Below are positions 34,955 to 45,457 of a DNA stretch of 64,000 nt, piece after piece (within the stretch, counting starts at the first letter, position 1; the number at the start of each line of letters is the position of its first letter). The translations under genes were made by a program, and so were the position numbers. The notes below the pieces were generated by a model. That model was not told the origin of the DNA, searched no databases, and worked only from the letters and a program-made list of their open reading frames with translations. The stretch lies in IMG/VR virus record IMGVR_UViG_3300046804_004208, positions 1 through 64,000 of that record; one strand, 5' to 3'. This stretch comes from a virus.

Positions 34955-36805
34955 ATGGCTCAGTGGAATAAGAATACACAAGACTTTCTAAATCAAGAAA
35001 GAACTCTTTTTGAAGTTTTTAATGTAGCAACAAAAGATGGAGAACAGGTTAGTTACTCTAATCCATTTCCAGTATCTCTTGGAAGTTCGACAATTACAAT
35101 TGTTGGAGATATTACAATTCCAACAACAGTAAGTGTTGCAAGTTCTCCAGCAAATCCAATTCATAATCACATTACAGAAGTTGGAACAAGTGATATATTG
35201 AATGTTCCATATCTTCCAGTTGGTATTGGAACTACAAATTTAAATCTAACATATCTTCCAGTTGGTATTTCTTCATTACTAAACACAGTATCAATATCTA
35301 ACACATCATTCTATATTAGTGGTTTCGGTTCTCATGTTTCTATATCCAATACAAGTTTTTATATCTTAAATCCTGTTACTTCAGTAACTGTTGGTGGAAC
35401 TGTATCAATTGCTAATACAGTATCAATATCTAACACATCATTCTTTGTAACTGGTATTGGTTCTACTGTATCAGTTTCAGGAACGGTAAGTATCAATGAT
35501 GGTGGTAATAGTATCACTGTTGATGGAACAGTTTCCGTTAGTGCTGGTGCATCAATCGCAATCACTGGTCAAAATCTTGATGCATTTGGAAGATTAAGAG
35601 TATCAGAACCATTTACACTTGGAGATTATTCTCATGTTTATGGTGAAGAAGTAGAACTTCTCACAAAGACAGTTGGTGCAGCATCAACAACAACTTCAAG
35701 TGGAACAGAAGCAGCAATTATTCTTTCAGTTGGAACTGGTGCGACTGATAGAGTAGTTCACCAGTCCAGGATGTATCATCATTATATGCCTGGAAAATCT
35801 CAATATATTCTAGAAAGTTTTAATTTCAGAGAACCCAGAAATAATACTTATAAAGCAATTGGATATTTTGATGCCTATAATGGTGTTTTTGTAAAACAAG
35901 TTGGTATTGGAACAACAGCAAGATATGATATTGTAAAAAGGTCTAATGTTGGTGGAGCAGTCACTGAAACTACAATTCCTCAAAGTGAGTGGAATATTGA
36001 TTCACTAGACGGAACTGGACCTAGTGGCATTAATATATTCTTTGAAAGGTCTCAATTACTCTTTATTGATTTCCAATGGTTAGGTGTTGGTAGAGTCAGA
36101 GTTGGATTTGAGAATGGTGGAACTTTCCATACTGCTCACGAATTTGTACATACTGGTAATATTGAATATGTTTATTGGAGTCTTCCTTCACTTCCAATAA
36201 GATGTGAGGTTGGTAATTTTGGTGCAGCAGTTGGTATTGCGTCTATGAACCAGATGTGTGCAACTGTAATGAGTGAAGGTGGATATAAGGAAACTGGTGT
36301 AGAATTTTCAGTCAATACTGGCGGAATTACACTTGCAAAGACTGATCCTACAAATACACAATGTGTATTAGCAATTCGTCTCAAAAACTCATACAAAGGA
36401 CTTCCAAATCGGTCAATTGTAAGAATTAGTGATTTACAAATTTTAAGTTCTTCAGCATCTTGTGGATATTCAGTTTGGAGACTTCCATCTTCAACACTAA
36501 TAACTGGGGGAAGTTGGGTAAGTGATAATGATGATTCCACTGTTGAATATAACACGAGTGTTGGAACTGCATTTACAACTACTGGTGGATTAAGACAAGC
36601 ATCTGGATTTATTGCTGCTAATAATCCATCAGGAAAACAATCAAGTGGTGTTGCTGCTGGAGACCCAACATCAGCAAAAAGGTCTTATTTAAGTCAGAAC
36701 ATTGATAGTGATGATAGTAATGTATATGCGATTGTTGTTACAAATTTAAGCACAAGTGCAGAAACAGACATTTATGGTTCATTACAGTGGAGAGAGACTA
36801 GGTAA
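34955..36805 (+). CDS. Putative virion structural protein with Ser/Thr/Val-rich repeats
   Basis: Repeated VSISNTSF and YLPVGI; DAFGRLRVSEP-type C-terminal beta domain; lies in the gp16-gp17 variable interval. Confidence 0.6.
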   Translation: MAQWNKNTQDFLNQERTLFEVFNVATKDGEQVSYSNPFPVSLGSSTITIVGDITIPTTVSVASSPANPIHNHITEVGTSDILNVPYLPVGIGTTNLNLTYLPVGISSLLNTVSISNTSFYISGFGSHVSISNTSFYILNPVTSVTVGGTVSIANTVSISNTSFFVTGIGSTVSVSGTVSINDGGNSITVDGTVSVSAGASIAITGQNLDAFGRLRVSEPFTLGDYSHVYGEEVELLTKTVGAASTTTSSGTEAAIILSVGTGATDRVVHQSRMYHHYMPGKSQYILESFNFREPRNNTYKAIGYFDAYNGVFVKQVGIGTTARYDIVKRSNVGGAVTETTIPQSEWNIDSLDGTGPSGINIFFERSQLLFIDFQWLGVGRVRVGFENGGTFHTAHEFVHTGNIEYVYWSLPSLPIRCEVGNFGAAVGIASMNQMCATVMSEGGYKETGVEFSVNTGGITLAKTDPTNTQCVLAIRLKNSYKGLPNRSIVRISDLQILSSSASCGYSVWRLPSSTLITGGSWVSDNDDSTVEYNTSVGTAFTTTGGLRQASGFIAANNPSGKQSSGVAAGDPTSAKRSYLSQNIDSDDSNVYAIVVTNLSTSAETDIYGSLQWRETR

Positions 36806-36854
36806 TTTTTTATGAGTGAAGTTTATCTTAGGGGTCCAGAAAGGGGGTATGAAT

Positions 36855-39491
36855 ATGTCTAACGATGTCTATTTGGGCAATCCTCTGCTCAAAAAAGCAA
36901 ACACACAGATTGAATTTACAGAAGACCAAATTATTGAGTTCTTAAAGTGCAAGGAAGACCCTGTTTACTTTGCTAGAAATTATATCAAAATTGTTTCTTT
37001 GGATCACGGTTTAGTTCCTTTTGAGATGTATCCATTTCAAGAGAAATTGATTCAAAACTTTCATAATAATCGTTTTAATATTTGTAAGATGCCCCGTCAG
37101 ACGGGTAAAGCTTTATCATTGGATACTCCAATTCCAACTCCAAACGGTTGGACAACTATGGGAGATCTTAAAGTTGGTGATGATATTTTATCTCCAACAG
37201 GAGATTCTGTTTCAGTTGTAATGAAAACTGAAACAATGTACAATCATGATTGTTATAAAATATATTTTGATAATGGTGAAGAAATAATTGCAGATGCAGA
37301 TCATTTATGGGAAGTTAATAGTTCATATTGGAGAACTGGAAAGAAAGTTATAACTTCTAAAGATATATTTGATCAATATCAATCAAAGGTAAAAAATAAA
37401 AGAGGAAAGGGATTTCAAGGATCTTTATTTGTAGACAAATCAAAACCAATTAACTTTATTAAAAATATATTAGATATTGATCCATATCTTCTTGGTGTTT
37501 GGTTGGGTGATGGATATTCTTCTGATGGAAGAATAATCGCACATAAAGATGACTATGATTTTTATAAAGAAAAGTTTGATATAGAACATGGGAAAGAACA
37601 GAATAATTGTATTAGATTTAAAATTAAAAATTTATATTCCAAATTAAAAAACTATAATTTACTTAAAAATAAGCACATTCCGCCAAAATATCTTCGTTCT
37701 TCTTATGAAGATAGATTAGAACTTCTTCGAGGTTTAATGGACACTGATGGATCTGTTAGAAACAACAGCAGATCGTTTGAATTTTATCAAAAAAATTATG
37801 ATATAATTTTACAAGTTGTTGAGTTACTTTCTTCTCTTGGCATAAAGTCAAATATAAGAAGGAAAAAAATTGAAGAAAATTACTATCATACAGTATCTTT
37901 TTCAACTAAAGAAAGAGTATTTAATCTTCCAAGAAAAATTAAAAATATAAATTCAACAAAGTTAGTCAGAAAACAAGAAAGTAGACACTATATTCATAAA
38001 ATAGAAAAAGTTGATAGTGTACCAGTTGCGTGTATACAAGTTGATAGTGAAGATCATCTGTTTTTGTGCGGTAGAACTTTTATTCCCACTCACAATTCTA
38101 CAACTGTCGTTTCATATCTTTTACACTACGCTGTTTTTAATGATAATGTCAATATTGCAATTTTGGCAAACAAGGCATCAACGGCAAGAGACCTACTTGG
38201 TAGGTTACAACTTGCATATGAAAACTTGCCAAAGTGGATGCAACAAGGTATCATATCTTGGAATAAGGGTAGTTTAGAATTAGAAAATGGCTCCAAAATT
38301 TCATCTAACTCTACTTCTTCATCTGCTGTCCGAGGCGGATCCTATAATGTCATCTTTCTTGACGAGTTCGCGTTCATCCCGAATCACATTGCTGATGACT
38401 TCTTTGCCTCTGTTTATCCTACTATTTCTTCTGGACAGAGTACGAAAGTAATTATCGTTTCTACTCCACGCGGTATGAACCATTTCTACCGCATGTGGCA
38501 TGACGCTGAACGGGGCAAGAATGAATACGTACCTACAGATGTCCATTGGTCGGAAGTACCTGGTAGAGACGCTGCCTGGAAGGAGCAGACGATTGCTAAC
38601 ACTTCTGAGCAGCAGTTTAATGTGGAATTTAACTGCGAGTTCTTGGGTTCTACAAATACCCTTATCAATCCAGCAAAACTCAGAAATCTAGTTTATGAGG
38701 ATCCAATTAAGAGAAATGCTGGGTTGGACATTTATGAACATCCAAAAAAGGATAATAATTATCTAATAACTGTTGATGTTGCTCGCGGTATGGGTAACGA
38801 TTATTCAGCATTTGTTGTTTTTGATATTACAAATTTTCCATATAAAGTAGTTGCAAAGTATAGAAATAATGAAATAAAACCAATGTTATTTCCAAACATT
38901 ATTAATGAAGTAGCAAAGGGTTACAATAATTCTTGGGTTTTGATTGAAGTTAATGATATTGGTGATCAAGTATCTAATATACTTCACTTTGATTTAGAAT
39001 ATGATAATATTTTAATGTGTTCAATGCGTGGTCGTTCTGGACAAATTGTTGGATCTGGATTTAGTGGAAAAAAATCTCAACTTGGAATTAGAATGACATC
39101 TTCTGTTAAAAAATTAGGTTGTTCAAATTTAAAAACTTTAATGGAGGATGATAAATTAATTACTGTAGATTATGATATTATTTCAGAATTAACTACATTT
39201 ACCCAACGTCATAATTCTTTTGAAGCGGAAGAGGGTTGCAATGATGATTTATCCATGTGTCTTGTCATTTTTTCTTGGTTAGTTGCACAAGATTATTTTA
39301 AAGAAATGACAGATAATGATGTTAGAAAAAGAATTTATGAAGAGCAAAAAAATCAAATAGAACAAGATATGGCACCATTTGGATTTTTATCCGATGGATT
39401 GAGTAACGTAACAAGTTTTACTGATGTTGATGGTGATAGATGGTATTCAGATGAATACGGTGATATATCATATATGTGGGATTACCAATAA
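36855..39491 (+). CDS. gp17: Terminase large subunit gp17, intein-containing
   Basis: YLGNPLLK, PRQTGK|ST Walker A split by intein, IFLDEFAF Walker B, VSTPRG, DVARG, NDDLSMC. Confidence 0.95.
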   Translation: MSNDVYLGNPLLKKANTQIEFTEDQIIEFLKCKEDPVYFARNYIKIVSLDHGLVPFEMYPFQEKLIQNFHNNRFNICKMPRQTGKALSLDTPIPTPNGWTTMGDLKVGDDILSPTGDSVSVVMKTETMYNHDCYKIYFDNGEEIIADADHLWEVNSSYWRTGKKVITSKDIFDQYQSKVKNKRGKGFQGSLFVDKSKPINFIKNILDIDPYLLGVWLGDGYSSDGRIIAHKDDYDFYKEKFDIEHGKEQNNCIRFKIKNLYSKLKNYNLLKNKHIPPKYLRSSYEDRLELLRGLMDTDGSVRNNSRSFEFYQKNYDIILQVVELLSSLGIKSNIRRKKIEENYYHTVSFSTKERVFNLPRKIKNINSTKLVRKQESRHYIHKIEKVDSVPVACIQVDSEDHLFLCGRTFIPTHNSTTVVSYLLHYAVFNDNVNIAILANKASTARDLLGRLQLAYENLPKWMQQGIISWNKGSLELENGSKISSNSTSSSAVRGGSYNVIFLDEFAFIPNHIADDFFASVYPTISSGQSTKVIIVSTPRGMNHFYRMWHDAERGKNEYVPTDVHWSEVPGRDAAWKEQTIANTSEQQFNVEFNCEFLGSTNTLINPAKLRNLVYEDPIKRNAGLDIYEHPKKDNNYLITVDVARGMGNDYSAFVVFDITNFPYKVVAKYRNNEIKPMLFPNIINEVAKGYNNSWVLIEVNDIGDQVSNILHFDLEYDNILMCSMRGRSGQIVGSGFSGKKSQLGIRMTSSVKKLGCSNLKTLMEDDKLITVDYDIISELTTFTQRHNSFEAEEGCNDDLSMCLVIFSWLVAQDYFKEMTDNDVRKRIYEEQKNQIEQDMAPFGFLSDGLSNVTSFTDVDGDRWYSDEYGDISYMWDYQ
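37110..38096 (+). mobile_element. Class 3 intein with LAGLIDADG homing endonuclease (329 aa)
   Basis: Starts ALSLDTPIPTPNGW, block B ADHLW, LGVWLGDG and LLRGLMDTDGS, block F VACIQV, ends PTHN followed by Ser. Confidence 0.92.
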
Positions 39492-39718
39492 TGGAATTAA
39501 ATGATCAATTTGATTTAGAACATTTATTTTTTACGGAAAGAAAATGTAGATCTTGTAAAAATATAAAAAGTCTCACAGATTCTTTTTATAGAATTCGAAA
39601 GAATAATACATTGTCTTCTTCATATTCTTATGAGTGTAAAGATTGCACAATAAAAAGAATTATTGAGTCTAAAAAGAAAAAAGTTTATAAGATTGAATGG
39701 GAATATCCAGATTGGTAG
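39491..39718 (+). CDS. Small Zn-finger protein (CxxC...CxxC)
   Basis: RKCRSC...YECKDC between gp17 and gp18. Confidence 0.7.
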   Translation: MELNDQFDLEHLFFTERKCRSCKNIKSLTDSFYRIRKNNTLSSSYSYECKDCTIKRIIESKKKKVYKIEWEYPDW

Positions 39719-39755
39719 GTTCATGCAGTGTTTCCCCAATGGAAATAGTATTTTT

Positions 39756-39763
39756 AATAAATA
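39756..39763 (+). promoter_or_regulatory. Late promoter AATAAATA
   Basis: NATAAATA upstream of gp18. Confidence 0.7.
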
Positions 39764-39799
39764 TTTTTAGAATAATTCTGGATATCACGGAGAAACAAG

Positions 39800-41947
39800 A
39801 TGCCACTAAATTTAGCATCTCCTGGAATTGTAATAAGGGAAGTTGACTTAACACTTGGGAGAGTAAGTCCTGCGTCAGATAAGATAGGTGCTATTGTGGC
39901 ACCTTTTCCCAAAGGAATAGTAGGAGAACCAATTTTAATTCAAAATGAACAAGAATTAATTGAAAATTTTGGAACACCATCCCTTGCCGATAAGCAATAT
40001 GAAACTTGGTTAGTTGCCTCTTCATTTTTATCATATGGAGGTAGTCTTAGAGTAATTAGATCAGATGATGAAAATATTTCTAATGCTTTTGTTGGATCAG
40101 CAACTAGCATAAAGATTAAAAGTTATGAAGACTACATTAACTTGGGATATGACGAAAATGTAATTTCTGGGGTAACAGTTTGTGCTAAAGATCCTGGATC
40201 TTGGGCAAATGGTGTTAAAGTTGCAATCATTGATGCGAAAGCAGATCAGATTTTAAGTGGTCTTAGCACAGATATTCAAGTTGGTTGTGGAGTAACTCAA
40301 GCAATTACTTCGGTTCTTGCTGGTTCAGGATCTACATCTGTTTTGGGTGGATATTTAAAGGGTGTAGTTACTGGAATAGGTGTAAGTTCAATCCAAGTAA
40401 AAGTTTTGAGTCATGTATCTGCAGATGGAACAGAGACTACAGTAGATTATCAACCACAAGGAGTTTACTCTTTTGCGTCTGGAGGAACACTTGGTATTCA
40501 TACCAGCGGTGTATTAACCGCATATACAACTAAAACATATGCCGCTCAACAAGATTGGTTTGATCAACAAACAATCAGTCTTACAAATTCTAAAGTTTAT
40601 TGGAATACTCTTGCAGATAGACCCTCAACCTCAAACTTTGCTGCAGCAAGAGGAGCAAGATTCGATGAAGTTCACGTAGTTGTATTTGATGATATTGGGT
40701 CTATTAGTGGAAATACTGGAACAATATTAGAAAAGCATCTTTCACTTTCTAAAGCGTCTGATGCGGAATTCTCTGTTGGAAGTACTTCGTACTGGAGAAA
40801 GTACATAGCAGAAAATTCTAGATATATTTTTGCTGGATCTGCACCGTCTGGAATTGTTACTACCGCATATACTTCTGGATTTACTTTAGCAACAGATACA
40901 GGTTGGGATCAATCTGCGAGTGGAATTTATTTTGCTGGAACAGGATCAAATGTTCTAACATTAGCAAATGGTAAAAATTATGATGGAAATACTGATTTAA
41001 CTGTAGAAGGATCACTCAGTTCAACCCTCGCCAATTTGTCTAGTGGTTATGAAATTTTTTCAAATTCTAATGAGTATCTAGTAGATTTCTTACTCATGGG
41101 ATCTGCAGGTTATGAGAAAGAAACTGCACAAGCTCTTGCTTCTAAATTGATATCTGTTGCCGAAGAAAGAAAAGATTGTATAGCATTTATATCTCCATAT
41201 AGATCCGCACTTTTAACAGAATCTTCTGGTAATAAATATGTTCTTAAAGATTCTGCAACTATAACTGATAATTTAATTAGTTTCTATTCTTCAATTCCAT
41301 CTTCATCATTTGCAGTATTTGACAGTGGATACAAGTACATGTATGATCGTTTTAGTGATACTTTTAGATATGTTCCTTTAAATGGAGATATTGCTGGTGT
41401 TTGTGCTAGAACTGATACAACTTCTTTCCCATGGTTTTCCCCAGCAGGAACTTCAAGAGGTGCAATTTTAAATGCCGTAAAATTAGCATATAATCCTTCA
41501 AAAATCCAAAGAGATAGACTTTATTCGAATAGAATCAATCCAATTATTTTTTCACCTGGTTCTGGAATAGTATTGTTTGGGGATAAAACTGGACTTGCAA
41601 AATCCTCTGCATTTGATAGAATTAATGTTCGTAGATTGTTTATCTATCTAGAAAAAGCAATTTCTAGTGCTGCAAAAGATCAATTGTTTGAATTCAATGA
41701 TGAAAATACAAGAAGAAACTTCGTATCCACAGTTGAACCATTCTTGAGAGATATTCAATCAAAGAGAGGTATTGAAGGTTATAGAGTAATTTGTGACACA
41801 ACAAATAACACAGCTTCTGTTATTGATTCGAATGAATTTATTGCCGATATTTTTATAAAACCAAATAGATCTATTAATTACATTGGATTAACATTTGTTG
41901 CTACTAGAACAGGTGTTTCTTTTGAAGAAATAGTTGGTACGGTTTAA
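39800..41947 (+). CDS. gp18: Tail sheath protein gp18
   Basis: SPGIVIREVDLT, PWFSPAG..RG, FDRINVRRLF, FEFND, FIKPNRSINYI. Confidence 0.96.
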   Translation: MPLNLASPGIVIREVDLTLGRVSPASDKIGAIVAPFPKGIVGEPILIQNEQELIENFGTPSLADKQYETWLVASSFLSYGGSLRVIRSDDENISNAFVGSATSIKIKSYEDYINLGYDENVISGVTVCAKDPGSWANGVKVAIIDAKADQILSGLSTDIQVGCGVTQAITSVLAGSGSTSVLGGYLKGVVTGIGVSSIQVKVLSHVSADGTETTVDYQPQGVYSFASGGTLGIHTSGVLTAYTTKTYAAQQDWFDQQTISLTNSKVYWNTLADRPSTSNFAAARGARFDEVHVVVFDDIGSISGNTGTILEKHLSLSKASDAEFSVGSTSYWRKYIAENSRYIFAGSAPSGIVTTAYTSGFTLATDTGWDQSASGIYFAGTGSNVLTLANGKNYDGNTDLTVEGSLSSTLANLSSGYEIFSNSNEYLVDFLLMGSAGYEKETAQALASKLISVAEERKDCIAFISPYRSALLTESSGNKYVLKDSATITDNLISFYSSIPSSSFAVFDSGYKYMYDRFSDTFRYVPLNGDIAGVCARTDTTSFPWFSPAGTSRGAILNAVKLAYNPSKIQRDRLYSNRINPIIFSPGSGIVLFGDKTGLAKSSAFDRINVRRLFIYLEKAISSAAKDQLFEFNDENTRRNFVSTVEPFLRDIQSKRGIEGYRVICDTTNNTASVIDSNEFIADIFIKPNRSINYIGLTFVATRTGVSFEEIVGTV

Positions 41948-41985
41948 TTTTTAAAAAATTCACATAAAAAACAGAGGTAAAAACA

Positions 41986-42579
41986 ATGACATTAAGAAGT
42001 ATTACAGATTTTAAGGGTCAACTTATTGGTGGAGGATCTAGACCCAATTTATTTTCAGTTGCTCTAACTTTTCCTACTACAATAGGATCTCAAGCAATAA
42101 CAGATTCTGTTAATGCTGGAAGTAAACTTGAATTTTTAGCAAAATCAGCAGCACTACCAGCTTCAAATATTACTCCAATTGAAGTGCCATTTAGAGGAAG
42201 AGTTTTAAAAGTTGCTGGAGAAAGAACATTCGATACTTGGTCAATTACTGTAATTAATGATGTAGATTTCAAAATTCGTACCGCATTTGAAGAATGGATG
42301 AATGGAATTAATGATCTTAATCAGGCAACTGGTGAGACAAGACCTGCCGAATATGATTGCGATTTACAAGTATCACAATTAAATAGAGCAGGTGAAGCAA
42401 TAAGAACATATGATTTTATTGGTTGTTTCCCAACAAATATTTCTCAAATTGATTTGTCCATGGACACAACTGATACAATTGAAGAGTATAGTGTTGAATT
42501 TCAAATTCTTTATTGGAGAGCTTCTGCAACAACTGCATCTAGTCCAGTTCCTATTACTTCACCTGCAATTTCTACCTGA
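41986..42579 (+). CDS. gp19: Tail tube protein gp19
   Basis: GGSRPNLF, LPASN..EVPFRGR..AGERTFDTW. Confidence 0.95.
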   Translation: MTLRSITDFKGQLIGGGSRPNLFSVALTFPTTIGSQAITDSVNAGSKLEFLAKSAALPASNITPIEVPFRGRVLKVAGERTFDTWSITVINDVDFKIRTAFEEWMNGINDLNQATGETRPAEYDCDLQVSQLNRAGEAIRTYDFIGCFPTNISQIDLSMDTTDTIEEYSVEFQILYWRASATTASSPVPITSPAIST

Positions 42580-42585
42580 TAAATA
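42578..42585 (+). promoter_or_regulatory. Late promoter GATAAATA
   Basis: NATAAATA upstream of portal. Confidence 0.65.
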
Positions 42586-42618
42586 GTTTTAAGATATTTA
42601 AAACTATAAAATTATAAA

Positions 42619-44298
42619 ATGGCAAAACTCTTTGGTTTCTCTATTGAAAATTCTGATCAAAAATCTAAATCAATTGTCTCCCCCGTTCCTCCAAATAATG
42701 AGGACGGGGTTGATAATTACATTGCTAGCGGTTTTTATGGTTCGTATGTAGATATTGAAGGGGTATATAGGACAGAATATGATTTAATTAAAAGATATAG
42801 AGAAATGGCATTACATCCTGAGTGTGATAATGCTATTGAAGATGTTGTAAATGAAGCCATTGTAAGTGATCTTTATGATTCACCTATAGAAATAGAACTT
42901 TCTAATTTAAATGCAAGTGATAGATTAAAGGAAGTTATAAGAGAAGAATTTAAATATATTAAGGAAATATTAGATTTTGATAAAAAATGCCATGAGATTT
43001 TTAGAAATTGGTATGTTGATGGAAGAATTTATTATCATAAAGTAATTGACTTAAAAAAACCAGAAGAAGGGATTAAAGAAGTAAGATATATAGATCCCAT
43101 GAAAATGAGATTTATAAGACAACATAAAAAAGATAAAAATTCTATACCTGGTTCAAATCTTAATAGATTAGATGAAACAGAAAAATCTATTCATCCAGAA
43201 ATAGAAGAATATTTTTTATATACACCAAAACCAAATTTTCCAGTTGGTGCTATTGCTAGTGTAGGTACATCTACAAAAGGAATAAAAATAGCAAAAGATT
43301 CTATTACTTATGTAACTTCTGGACTAGTAGATAGAAATAAAGGAAGTATTCTTTCATATTTACATAAAGCAATTAAAGCACTCAATCAACTTAGAATGAT
43401 TGAAGACTCTTTGGTAATTTATAGACTATCGAGGGCACCGGAACGTAGAATTTTTTATATTGATGTTGGAAATTTGCCCAAAGTAAAGGCAGAACAATAT
43501 CTCAGAGATGTTATGCATCGTTATAGGAATAAATTAGTCTATAACGCTTCAACTGGAGAAGTTCGTGATGATCGTAAATTTATGAGTATGATGGAAGATT
43601 TTTGGCTTCCAAGAAGAGAGGGTGGTAGAGGAACTGAGATTACTACTCTTCCAGGTGGACAAAATCTTGGAGAACTTTCAGATATTGAATATTTTCAAAA
43701 AAAACTTTATAGAGCACTTGGAGTTCCAGAATCTAGAATTGCCTCAGATGGTGGATTTAATCTTGGAAGATCATCAGAAATTTTACGTGATGAATTAAAA
43801 TTTTCAAAGTTTGTTGGACGTTTGAGAAAACGTTTTTCATATTTATTCAATGATATGTTAAAGACGCAATTAATTCTTAAAAATATTATTACTCCAGAAG
43901 ATTGGGAAAAAATTTCAGACCATATTCAATATGATTTTCTATACGACAATCAATTTGCAGAATTAAAAGAATCGGAATTGATGACTGAAAGAATAACACT
44001 ATTGGCATCAGTGGAACCATATATTGGAAAATATTTTTCCCAGGATTATGTTCGGAGAAAAATACTTCGCCAAACAGACGCGGAAATTGTTGAAATTGAC
44101 AAAAGAATTAAAAAAGAAATTGAAGATGGGATAATTCCGGATCCAAATTCTATTGATCCTATTACTGGTGAACCATTACCTCCACAAAATGGAGAAGTGG
44201 GTCCTCTTGGAGAAGTTCCTCAAGAACCAAATCTTGATGCACAAGGAGCAGCAACAGATGCTCAGTTGCAAAAAGATACCAAAAAAGCTGAAATATAA
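42619..44298 (+). CDS. gp20: Portal protein gp20
   Basis: YRLSRAPERRIFYIDVGNLPK, EDFWLPRREGGRGTEITTLPGGQNLG. Confidence 0.97.
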   Translation: MAKLFGFSIENSDQKSKSIVSPVPPNNEDGVDNYIASGFYGSYVDIEGVYRTEYDLIKRYREMALHPECDNAIEDVVNEAIVSDLYDSPIEIELSNLNASDRLKEVIREEFKYIKEILDFDKKCHEIFRNWYVDGRIYYHKVIDLKKPEEGIKEVRYIDPMKMRFIRQHKKDKNSIPGSNLNRLDETEKSIHPEIEEYFLYTPKPNFPVGAIASVGTSTKGIKIAKDSITYVTSGLVDRNKGSILSYLHKAIKALNQLRMIEDSLVIYRLSRAPERRIFYIDVGNLPKVKAEQYLRDVMHRYRNKLVYNASTGEVRDDRKFMSMMEDFWLPRREGGRGTEITTLPGGQNLGELSDIEYFQKKLYRALGVPESRIASDGGFNLGRSSEILRDELKFSKFVGRLRKRFSYLFNDMLKTQLILKNIITPEDWEKISDHIQYDFLYDNQFAELKESELMTERITLLASVEPYIGKYFSQDYVRRKILRQTDAEIVEIDKRIKKEIEDGIIPDPNSIDPITGEPLPPQNGEVGPLGEVPQEPNLDAQGAATDAQLQKDTKKAEI

Positions 44299-44301
44299 AT
44301 A
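44294..44301 (+). promoter_or_regulatory. Late promoter TATAAATA
   Basis: Exact consensus overlapping the gp20 stop. Confidence 0.7.
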
Positions 44302-44326
44302 AAGTATACAGTTATATTAAATTTTT

Positions 44327-44494
44327 ATGGAAGAACTTATAGATTTGGTGGCAACTGATTGTCAACCTTCTGATATTAGTGACAAAATTAAAGAACTTTT
44401 ATTTGCAAAGGCAATCGAAAGAATTGAATTTGCAAAACCAATAGTTGCTTCTTCATTATTTGATGGAGAAGTAGAAGGTACTGAGGAAGAATAA
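44327..44494 (+). CDS. Small acidic prohead core protein (gp67-like position; not in ORF track)
   Basis: MEELIDLVATD...ASSLFDGEVEGTEEE*; directly after portal. Confidence 0.65.
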   Translation: MEELIDLVATDCQPSDISDKIKELLFAKAIERIEFAKPIVASSLFDGEVEGTEEE

Positions 44495-44760
44495 TGACTA
44501 CAAAAATTTTAGCAGATGAAATAAGTTTACCGATTTCAACAGGCGCTGCTACTAGTTTTAGTTCTGCAACTGTTGTTCGTCTTGTAAATACAGATACTTC
44601 AGCACATACCATATCAATTGTTGAAACTCAAGGAGGAACTGGTGTCGGTTCTATCACTATGCCAGCTGGATCTGTTGAACAGATTGTAAAAGTTGCAAGT
44701 TATTGTGTTTTTGCAGATAGTGCTTTAGTTAGAGGAACAAAAGTAGGATTTACAAACTAA
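44494..44760 (+). CDS. Hypothetical head-cluster protein
   Basis: 88-aa beta-rich ORF between gp20 and gp21. Confidence 0.7.
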   Translation: MTTKILADEISLPISTGAATSFSSATVVRLVNTDTSAHTISIVETQGGTGVGSITMPAGSVEQIVKVASYCVFADSALVRGTKVGFTN

Positions 44761-44765
44761 AAAAA

Positions 44766-45416
44766 ATGAAACTCATCACAGAAGAAATTCAAAAAGTAGA
44801 ATTTATTACCGAAGGTAAAGGTGCTGAAAAACAGTGTTACATTAAAGGTATTTTTCTACAAGCAGAACAAGTTAATAGAAATGGGAGAATGTATCCCATG
44901 TCTATTATGGAGAGAGAAGTAAATCGTTATAACGAAAACTTTGTTCTAAAGGGTCGTGCTCTCGGTGAATTGGGTCATCCAGATGGTCCAACTGTAAATC
45001 TTGATAGGGTTTCGCATAAAATTTGTGAACTTTATAGAGATGGTAATAATTTTATGGGTAAAGCAAAACTTCTCGAAACACCTATGGGTAAAATTGCAAT
45101 GTCTTTAATTAAGGAGGGTGTTTGTCTTGGTGTTTCTTCTCGTGGTGTTGGATCTCTTCAAATGACTCAGGAAGGTCATAAAGTTGTTGGTGAAGATTTC
45201 ATGCTTGCTACTGCTGCAGATATTGTTGCAGATCCTTCTGCACCTGACGCTTTTGTTCAAGGAGTTATGGAAGGTAAAGAATGGATTTGGGAAGGAGGAA
45301 TTCTTCGTGAACAATTTGTAGAGTCAACAAAACGCAGAATTAACACTTTAGTCGATGAAAGAAGACTTCAAGAACACAAAGTTAAATTATTCAAAGAATT
45401 TCTTTCAAATCTTTAA
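44766..45416 (+). CDS. gp21: Prohead protease gp21
   Basis: MKLITE, NRNGRMYP, GELGHP, GVSSRGVGS, DIVADPSAPDA. Confidence 0.96.
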   Translation: MKLITEEIQKVEFITEGKGAEKQCYIKGIFLQAEQVNRNGRMYPMSIMEREVNRYNENFVLKGRALGELGHPDGPTVNLDRVSHKICELYRDGNNFMGKAKLLETPMGKIAMSLIKEGVCLGVSSRGVGSLQMTQEGHKVVGEDFMLATAADIVADPSAPDAFVQGVMEGKEWIWEGGILREQFVESTKRRINTLVDERRLQEHKVKLFKEFLSNL

Positions 45417-45418
45417 TT

Positions 45419-45426
45419 TATAAATA
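45419..45426 (+). promoter_or_regulatory. Late promoter TATAAATA
   Basis: Exact consensus upstream of gp22. Confidence 0.75.
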
Positions 45427-45457
45427 AATATAGATTATAAACAAATATCTAAAAACA

